DNA of 20,428 nt from a virus: IMG/VR virus record IMGVR_UViG_3300033155_002072; one strand, 5' to 3'. Numbering within the stretch: the stretch's first letter is position 1; each line of letters begins with the position of its first letter. Made by a program: the position numbers and the translations under genes. Shown here in pieces: positions 14,574 to 20,428 of this stretch. The notes under the pieces are model-generated. The model worked only from the letters and a program-made list of their open reading frames with translations, did no database searches and was not told the origin of the DNA.

Positions 14574-14983
14574 TCCGGCACATTGTTTCCGGAGACAGAC
14601 GGGGTGCTGAGAATGGCTCCCAAAGAGCAGTGAGCGACTTTAACTCAAGAATGGGATATGACTCTGTTCAGTTCACCTGCATTGGTGACGACATGCATTT
14701 CGAGAAAGTCATTGACTTGGGTGACGGTTTGGTTATATTTTCCAAGCTGTCATCACATGGTGTGGCACAAATTCGGAGAATGGCTGAGGCCAGAGGAAAG
14801 CCTGTTACGGTTTTTGATTTCGACCAAGAAACAACCCTGTATGAGCTTGCTGCGTGGATCAGCGAAAACAAAATAGAAACCCTATCTGTGCTTGGACTGA
14901 AAGAGTCTGCATGCACAGGAACAGAAGAGAAGGTTTTCAGGTCCGTAGTGGATCTGTTCGGTCTGTCTCAGGTTGTACCCTGA
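14570..14983 (+). CDS. Divergent SLOG-superfamily protein (YpsA/putative molybdenum-carrier-like)
   Basis: HIVSG...G, DGLVIF, ARGKPVTVFD, AAWISENKIETLSVLGLKES parallel the recalled pattern IISGGQTG, DGTLIF, GKP, WL..I.VLNVAGPRES; ATGA-coupled to the recombinase. Confidence 0.7.
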   Translation: MIRHIVSGDRRGAENGSQRAVSDFNSRMGYDSVQFTCIGDDMHFEKVIDLGDGLVIFSKLSSHGVAQIRRMAEARGKPVTVFDFDQETTLYELAAWISENKIETLSVLGLKESACTGTEEKVFRSVVDLFGLSQVVP

Positions 14984-15002
14984 GACTCAAAGGAGAAAGC
15001 AA

Positions 15003-15599
15003 ATGGCAGTAGAAAGAGACAAACTTAACCAAATCATCAACATGAAAGAGCAGGAGCTTCAGCGTGAGATCGCTATTGCGACTGTCCGAGAGAATATGGA
15101 TGAGCCCATCGGGGCAGTCCTAGACCAGCTTGGCAACATTAGCTCTGAGTACCAGTCGGCACTGTCAGGAATGAGCTGGAGAGACATTCTGATGGCAGTT
15201 GTTGCCGAAGGCTCTGCAGACGATGTAGAGGTCGGCGTGGATGACGCGATCATTGTCGCAAGCGATCCGGATGAGGGGGAATGTGAGCAGGAGGAGGCCG
15301 AAGCTCCTAAGCCGAAGAAGAAGTCTAAGCGGAGCGGTCGAAAGCCTCCTCCCCGCACCAAGGCGAAGCCCGATGTGGATGACTTTGACTCGCAGATCCT
15401 CTGTGCTGTGAATGAGTTCAAGGACTTCACAGATGACAAAGGGAACACCGGAGCCTCGATGGGAGCGGTCCTGGACGCCCTGGGTCCAGACTGTGAGGCC
15501 TCGGCATCCAAGGTCCGCGGCGCGCTCAACCGGCTTGTGGAGCAGGGTCACATTACCAAGAGAGGCTCTACTCGTAGCACAAGGTACCTCGGAAGATAG
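15003..15599 (+). CDS. Putative nucleoid-associated DNA-binding protein with C-terminal winged HTH
   Basis: AAGGAG RBS; N-terminal coil, acidic then K/R/P-rich linker (PKPKKKSKRSGRKPPPRTKAK), wing motif LNRLVEQGHITKRGSTRSTRY. Confidence 0.78.
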   Translation: MAVERDKLNQIINMKEQELQREIAIATVRENMDEPIGAVLDQLGNISSEYQSALSGMSWRDILMAVVAEGSADDVEVGVDDAIIVASDPDEGECEQEEAEAPKPKKKSKRSGRKPPPRTKAKPDVDDFDSQILCAVNEFKDFTDDKGNTGASMGAVLDALGPDCEASASKVRGALNRLVEQGHITKRGSTRSTRYLGR

Positions 15600-15606
15600 T
15601 TGGAGT

Positions 15607-15633
15607 GCCGGGGGCGAAAGCCCCCGGCTTTTT
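15607..15633 (+). terminator. Intrinsic terminator
   Basis: GCCGGGGGC-GAAA-GCCCCCGGC-TTTTT. Confidence 0.9.
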
Positions 15634-15637
15634 AATC

Positions 15638-16015
15638 ATGATAAGCGAATCTATTTGTAACTACTGCAGCGAGCCCAGAACTATCAACGAGATTTCTACG
15701 TTTGTTCAACTGAGCAAGCCAGAGTGCAAGGTCATTGTCACTGAGCTTGTTGAGCTTGGGCGACTGGATAAGAGCGGAAAGGCCAAGGGGACGCGATATT
15801 GTCGTCCTACGCTCAGCGACCTTGAACGTGCCGTCCGCTCGGTGTCAGACCGCTGGTATCCAGTGCGCGAGTTTTGCCTTGAGGTGTTCAAGGCCATGGA
15901 GGGGTCAGAGATCGCCCCCATCACAATCGTCATGGCCCTCCCAAAGCTCTGCCAAGATGGCCACGCCCTGGCGAAGCTAAACCTGGAAGGATCTCTGTAT
16001 CGGGGCCGAGGTTAG
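15638..16015 (+). CDS. Winged-HTH protein, motif-paralogous to the upstream gene
   Basis: RTINEISTFVQLSKPECKVIVTELVELGRLDKSGKAKGTRY. Confidence 0.75.
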   Translation: MISESICNYCSEPRTINEISTFVQLSKPECKVIVTELVELGRLDKSGKAKGTRYCRPTLSDLERAVRSVSDRWYPVREFCLEVFKAMEGSEIAPITIVMALPKLCQDGHALAKLNLEGSLYRGRG

Positions 16016-16027
16016 GGAAATTGACAG

Positions 16028-16444
16028 TTGCCTCAAATCGACCACGAAAACAAAACTATAAAATTCAATAACCATCGCGAGTTCTCTGCCATTGTCAGCA
16101 TCCTGGAGCACCCGTTCCGACACAGTGTCCAGGGTATCTACGATCATCTAAGAGAGGAGTTCGGAGAGTTCGAGGGTTATCAGCCTGCGTACTTGAGGAA
16201 CCGGATGCGCCGAAGGATTAAGTTCCTAGAGGATCTCAATCCATCCAAGGGCGTGAAGTATAAAGAGGAAGAGCTACTAGCGCTACGATGGACCATGCGC
16301 TTGGTAAGTCTTCAAGAAGAAACCATCTACTACCTGCTTAGCTTGGTGAATGACCTCTCATCCAAGAAAATCAGCCCATCAGATGCCCATGTGCTTCTCA
16401 CTGAGCCTCCTTGGCTGGAAAAAACTCTTAAGCCCAGGTTATAG
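16028..16444 (+). CDS. Hypothetical protein (TTG start)
   Basis: 138-aa ORF filling the gap; AGGG RBS-like sequence upstream. Confidence 0.7.
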   Translation: MPQIDHENKTIKFNNHREFSAIVSILEHPFRHSVQGIYDHLREEFGEFEGYQPAYLRNRMRRRIKFLEDLNPSKGVKYKEEELLALRWTMRLVSLQEETIYYLLSLVNDLSSKKISPSDAHVLLTEPPWLEKTLKPRL

Positions 16445-16450
16445 TATGGC

Positions 16451-17251
16451 ATGTCCAAGAATACGCTCAGGCTTCTGGGAGTTTTATCCGTGGGTGCGGC
16501 TGCGCTCGCATTGCGAAACAGCAAAGGAAGTGGCGTACCTAACTGCCCTGACATCAAGATCGGCGAGGATCAGCAATTGGCAGGGGTTCGTTTTCAAGAA
16601 GTTATGAAAGGCGGCGCATCCCCAGGGGATGCTGTTCCCATCGTATTCGCTTTTCACTCCAGAGGTAATAGCCCAAGCCAATACAGTAAGAGCGGATCGA
16701 TGTCCGCAATAGGACCCGCAAGGATGATCATCCCATATGGGATATATTCATCCCAAGACCTTAATGGTGGGAGCGCGGACAGTTACCACTTTTTCCCATC
16801 TGGGATTAAGAATATAATAAACAATAACTCAGAGAGCGAAGTCTTGGAGATATTCTCAACCACATCCAGATGGTTTGAGCCGTTCGCAAGAGCGATCGTT
16901 AGGTGCAGGCCATCTCCGCCAGACCGTCGACCCGTATTTACCGGATCTAGCATGGGTGCTCAAATGGCGTACCTCATGAACTCAACGATGCCGGGCTTCG
17001 CGGGGCTGACTGTTGCGGTCAATGGATATCTACCAAGACCTTTCTGGAACTCGAATATTTCACCCCAGGCGGCTCTTCACGGCCGGTCTGACACAACCGT
17101 CCCGTACAACTGGGACAAGGAGTACAATGAAACGATCATCAGCCAAGGAGCACCTGCCACGTTTGTCCCATATGATGCGGGCCATGGACTTACAAAGACT
17201 ATGTCGAGCGACTGGCAGTCTTTTATTCGCAACTATATTTCTGGCGCATAG
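16451..17251 (+). CDS. Alpha/beta-hydrolase esterase (phospholipase/carboxylesterase-like) with N-terminal hydrophobic anchor or signal
   Basis: FAFHSRG oxyanion loop, nucleophile elbow GSSMG, LHGRSDTTVP (Asp), AGHGL (His); N-terminus MSKNTLRLLGVLSVGAAALAL. Confidence 0.88.
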   Translation: MSKNTLRLLGVLSVGAAALALRNSKGSGVPNCPDIKIGEDQQLAGVRFQEVMKGGASPGDAVPIVFAFHSRGNSPSQYSKSGSMSAIGPARMIIPYGIYSSQDLNGGSADSYHFFPSGIKNIINNNSESEVLEIFSTTSRWFEPFARAIVRCRPSPPDRRPVFTGSSMGAQMAYLMNSTMPGFAGLTVAVNGYLPRPFWNSNISPQAALHGRSDTTVPYNWDKEYNETIISQGAPATFVPYDAGHGLTKTMSSDWQSFIRNYISGA

Positions 17252-18227
17252 CTCCGGATGCGAGAAGATAGAAACGGCCTCTGAGGAGGCCGTTTTTGTT
17301 CCAAAGGAGCCCGATCAGCCACCCGCTCCGCCTTCCTGTACGACCACCAAGGTGTGGAAAGTTGGCGGCAGGGAATTCGAGTATCTGCCATGGGGCCAGA
17401 CCATACATCGATACGATGAGCCCCGGTTTGATAAGAAATCTGACAGAAGAGAGAATCAGAAACGCACCAAAAAACTGCTGAGGAACACCGTGGAAGTCAT
17501 GGGAGGGTCGGAAGACCTGTATCGCTTTCTCAAGCTCATTGCCATGAGAGAGTCCAGCCTCATTGGGAGTGATCAGCCCTTTGACAGTATGGGAGTAGTT
17601 CACAGGCTCTCAGCCGACCAGGATTCATCTTATCGGTCCTGGCAACTGCGTCGACAGTATTTCGAGGGGAACCCACTGTCAAAGGAGTCAAAGCTCTGGA
17701 AGACCTATGGGCCATTTGGAATGAATTCAAACTACGCCCTACATCACTTCGACAGCCAGACAGACCCAAGAGTTCTTGGGGATACGGTTGCAGCCACCGT
17801 TACGCAGATCGTCAAGATCGCCTACGTCTCCGCCAAGCTAGGAGGCGATGTGCTGTGCCCTCAATGGTCCGGTGAGTCCGTCATTAATACCGGATGGAAT
17901 GGAAAGAAATGGCGAAGGGGAGTGCAAAAGCGAGATGAAAATGGCAAGATAGTCAAATCGACAGTCTTTGTGCCAAGGACTTGGTACACGATTCATAGAG
18001 CCGTACAGTCGGGAAAAATTTGCCCTGCATGGACAGGCGACACACTAGAGTCGTCATTGAAGAAATCTTTTGAGCGACGGGCCAATACCAACCGGCTTCG
18101 CCCCCACAAGGAAGTCCCGGCAAAAGACTTAGGGATGGTGCCAGATGACCCATATCACGCATGGGCTCAAGCATGGACATTGTCTGGCGTGAAGGTAGAG
18201 AAAACAGAAAAGACGACCTGCGAATAA
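17184..18227 (+). CDS. Putative lipoprotein with lysozyme-like/lytic-transglycosylase-like motif
   Basis: MDLQRLCRATGSLLFATIFLAHSSG-C (lipoprotein-type signal), Pro-rich linker, LIAMRESS (catalytic Glu-Ser-like), YGPFGMN (GLMQ-like). Start inferred. Confidence 0.65.
   Translation: MDLQRLCRATGSLLFATIFLAHSSGCEKIETASEEAVFVPKEPDQPPAPPSCTTTKVWKVGGREFEYLPWGQTIHRYDEPRFDKKSDRRENQKRTKKLLRNTVEVMGGSEDLYRFLKLIAMRESSLIGSDQPFDSMGVVHRLSADQDSSYRSWQLRRQYFEGNPLSKESKLWKTYGPFGMNSNYALHHFDSQTDPRVLGDTVAATVTQIVKIAYVSAKLGGDVLCPQWSGESVINTGWNGKKWRRGVQKRDENGKIVKSTVFVPRTWYTIHRAVQSGKICPAWTGDTLESSLKKSFERRANTNRLRPHKEVPAKDLGMVPDDPYHAWAQAWTLSGVKVEKTEKTTCE
17272..17297 (+). terminator. Terminator-like hairpin after the esterase, inside the lipoprotein ORF
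   Basis: AAACGGCCTC-TGAG-GAGGCCGTTT-TT, 20 nt after the esterase stop. Confidence 0.65.
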
Positions 18228-18952
18228 TGGAACAGTCCTATATCGAATCTAAGATTCGAAAGCTGCTGGCACTCTCTGACAGCGACAACCCTCACGAAGC
18301 AGCGAATGCTGCAGCGAGGGCACAGCGGCTTATCACCAAATACAAAATCGAAAAACTAAAGAAGGCTGGCGATTCATTTGTAATCCCCGAGGTCAGAAGG
18401 CAGACAGAGTTTCCGCTGCTGACATTTAGCACAAAGAAACCCACAGCATGGAAGTGGCGACTTGCCGTTGCAGTATCCAGGGCCAACCACTGTCAGCCGT
18501 GGTACGGATTTGTGCAAGGCGAGAAGATGGTCTTCTGTATCGGAGGGGCCGAGGATGCGGCGCATACTCAATCATTGTTCGGATATATCGCGTCTCTTGT
18601 ATGTGACATGAGGGAAAGAGATAGGCCAGATTACCTGACACGAGGTCGCAAGCGAAGCTGGAACCATGCGTTTGAGACGGGTGCCTCAATCGAGATCTGC
18701 AAAAGGCTAGAGGAAACAATGAGGGAGGAGAAGACAAAACTGAGTGCCGCCAGGGAGGATGCCGTGGCTCTACAGAGAATAAATAAGTCGGAGTCCATGG
18801 TAAGTGAGTTTATGGCAAAGTCAGGGATGTCTCTTACCAAGAGGGTGAGTAAAACTCAGTATTCATCGAGGAGTGCATTTGAGGCAGGAAGGCAGGCAGG
18901 AAGGTCTGTCAACCTTGGGAACACAGGACAGAAAGCGCTGAAGGGAAAGTAG
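18227..18952 (+). CDS. DUF2786 domain-containing protein
   Basis: SKIRKLLALSDSDNPHEAANAAARAQRLITKY N-terminus; C-terminal AFEAGRQAGRSVNL; TAATG coupling. Confidence 0.88.
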   Translation: MEQSYIESKIRKLLALSDSDNPHEAANAAARAQRLITKYKIEKLKKAGDSFVIPEVRRQTEFPLLTFSTKKPTAWKWRLAVAVSRANHCQPWYGFVQGEKMVFCIGGAEDAAHTQSLFGYIASLVCDMRERDRPDYLTRGRKRSWNHAFETGASIEICKRLEETMREEKTKLSAAREDAVALQRINKSESMVSEFMAKSGMSLTKRVSKTQYSSRSAFEAGRQAGRSVNLGNTGQKALKGK

Positions 18953-18953
18953 A

Positions 18954-19295
18954 ATGAGCAATTTCGACGAAGTGATTGACAATGACGGGCTTATTTCCTT
19001 AATGAAGCATGCTGACGAAAGTGGAAAGAATCGGCGTGCTGAGGCGGAGAGCATCATCCCATACCTGGAGGATGGAGGCGTCCATATCTGCACCGTGAGG
19101 CTCTGCCACAATGAGTGTGAATGGAGAGCATATTGGATGGTCAGGGTCAAGACTGAGATGCCAATGTGCAGCATCCTCGAAGACGACGGAGCCGAGCTTG
19201 GCATGATCCAGGTTTGGCTCGATACGGACTTCGATGTGTGGGACTCAACTGTAAAAACCTGGAACGTCGACTACGAGAGAACGTTTGGAGCATAA
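18954..19295 (+). CDS. Hypothetical protein
   Basis: 113 aa; 1-nt gap from the previous gene. Confidence 0.75.
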   Translation: MSNFDEVIDNDGLISLMKHADESGKNRRAEAESIIPYLEDGGVHICTVRLCHNECEWRAYWMVRVKTEMPMCSILEDDGAELGMIQVWLDTDFDVWDSTVKTWNVDYERTFGA

Positions 19296-19297
19296 AG

Positions 19298-19681
19298 ATG
19301 GGACTAGACCAGTTTGCATACAAAACAAAAAACGATCTAACCCTCGCGGTGGATGAGGACGCCTCCATCGAAAAGGAGGAAATCATGTACTGGAAAAAGC
19401 ATAACCGCCTAGAGGGTTGGATGACGAATCTTTGGGAGTCCCGGGGGAATGGGGGAGAATTCAACTGTAAGTACCTGGAGCTTGATGACCTAGACCTAGA
19501 TTCGCTGGAGAGAGATGTCCGTAATGCCAGTCTCCCCAAAACAGAAGGTTTTTTCTTTGGAGGCGACAGCTATACCGTTGAGTATAAAAGCCAACTGATC
19601 AGTAGTGACCTGCAATTTATCCACAATGCGCGGCAGGCGTTGGCCGATGGATTCCGCGTATTCTATACGAGTTGGTGGTGA
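19298..19681 (+). CDS. Conserved phage hypothetical protein (MGLDQ...YWxKHN...FNC...GFFFG...YxSWW family)
   Basis: Signature motifs visible; ATG at 19298 after GGAG. Confidence 0.85.
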   Translation: MGLDQFAYKTKNDLTLAVDEDASIEKEEIMYWKKHNRLEGWMTNLWESRGNGGEFNCKYLELDDLDLDSLERDVRNASLPKTEGFFFGGDSYTVEYKSQLISSDLQFIHNARQALADGFRVFYTSWW

Positions 19682-19682
19682 T

Positions 19683-19922
19683 ATGAGCAATAAGAGCATT
19701 AGAGACTACGGCCTCGGCGAAACCAAGGTGTCAGGTACGCCAAGAGTCACACAGACACTCGAAAAAGGAACAGGTGTCTGGTGCCCAAATTGTGGCTGCG
19801 AGACGCTCTTTGAAATCGTAGTCGATGTGGAATCGGCCCTGGAGGTGGCGGGGACAGGCAAGTACATTGGCTGCCCCGCTTGCCCGTGGGCGAGTCCGTG
19901 TGTGACAACAATCAAAAGGTAA
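19683..19922 (+). CDS. Small zinc-ribbon protein
   Basis: WCPNCG...GCPACP; 79 aa. Confidence 0.75.
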   Translation: MSNKSIRDYGLGETKVSGTPRVTQTLEKGTGVWCPNCGCETLFEIVVDVESALEVAGTGKYIGCPACPWASPCVTTIKR

Positions 19923-19927
19923 TCAAA

Positions 19928-20254
19928 ATGGCAAAGAAGAAAAAGAGTAACAAAGGTAAATACACGACTGAGTTCAAGCGGGAAGTGATGGCTTATCGAC
20001 AAAACCACAGCATCACGAAGACCGCAGCGCGCTTTGGTATTCCAAAAGGCACAGTGAGCACTTGGAGCAGGCAGTGGGGGCATCTGGCAGGGATCGTCCA
20101 AGAAGCTGAGACCCCACCCCAGCCTGACAAAACCGATGTACTGCTTGAGGTAGCTGAACTCGCCCTCAGCCTTCGCAAGAGAGGCCACAAAGTGAATCTC
20201 AAGGTCGAGGACTACGAGGACTCTGGATGGGCAGTTCTGTCGGTGAAGCAATGA
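19928..20254 (+). CDS. Helix-turn-helix DNA-binding protein (HTH similar to transposase/Brinker N-terminal domains)
   Basis: KYTTEFKREVMAY...SITKTAARFGIPKGTVSTW; no catalytic domain follows. Confidence 0.8.
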   Translation: MAKKKKSNKGKYTTEFKREVMAYRQNHSITKTAARFGIPKGTVSTWSRQWGHLAGIVQEAETPPQPDKTDVLLEVAELALSLRKRGHKVNLKVEDYEDSGWAVLSVKQ

Positions 20255-20428
20255 ATGAAATTGCATGTCACCGCAGTGGCCTCAGTGTCCATACGAGAGA
20301 CGATGGCAAGTGCGTGATTGTTGAGTGGTGTGACTTCCACAAGCAGTACCAGACAGCAAAGGAGCGGCGGCACATCGAGTCACCGCAGGGCGGATATTAT
20401 TGTGGCAGGGGACCCTGGGGCATCTTTG
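20251..20428 (+). CDS. Hypothetical protein, truncated by the right edge
   Basis: ATGA overlap; MNEIACHRSGLSVHTRDDGKCVIVEWCDFHKQ..., open to the window end. Confidence 0.65.
   Translation, partial: MNEIACHRSGLSVHTRDDGKCVIVEWCDFHKQYQTAKERRHIESPQGGYYCGRGPWGIF

Noticed and set aside
14801-14811. CCTGTTACGGT exact match to part of the dif-like site (2414-2424)
   Set aside because: Lies inside a coding region (KPVTV); an 11-mer match to some part of a 28-bp site in 20 kb is plausibly chance.
19928-20254. IS3/IS-like transposase
   Set aside because: Only an HTH; no DDE domain, terminal inverted repeats or frameshift partner; embedded in a coupled operon.

Overview
Gene-dense segment of what is most likely a large dsDNA tailed-phage genome. 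Evidence: dozens of short, tightly coupled hypothetical ORFs, a glutaredoxin, two tRNAs, a tyrosine recombinase, DUF2786- and DUF4120-like proteins, and no host housekeeping operon. A GC-rich host, possibly Myxococcota, is an inference only. Genes at 1-2011 run leftwards and everything from 2493 onwards runs rightwards. The divergent gap (about 2012-2492) holds two sigma70-like leftward promoters, strong hairpins, a repeated CCATTCGC motif and a 28-bp 11-6-11 inverted repeat with dif/Xer-site architecture. The left arm of that repeat recurs (11/12 nt) immediately upstream of the start codon of the tyrosine recombinase 11 kb away, which is the best candidate for an undescribed system in this window. 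Other notable elements: a gene-junction repeat shared by four consecutive small genes (8665-9456), a recombinase-SLOG-wHTH-wHTH cluster, an esterase overlapped by a lipoprotein with a lysozyme-like motif, tRNA-Ile2/tRNA-Arg(UCU), several unannotated small ORFs and an in-frame (GAAGAT)8 microsatellite. All family assignments come from motif recognition by eye; no database search was run.
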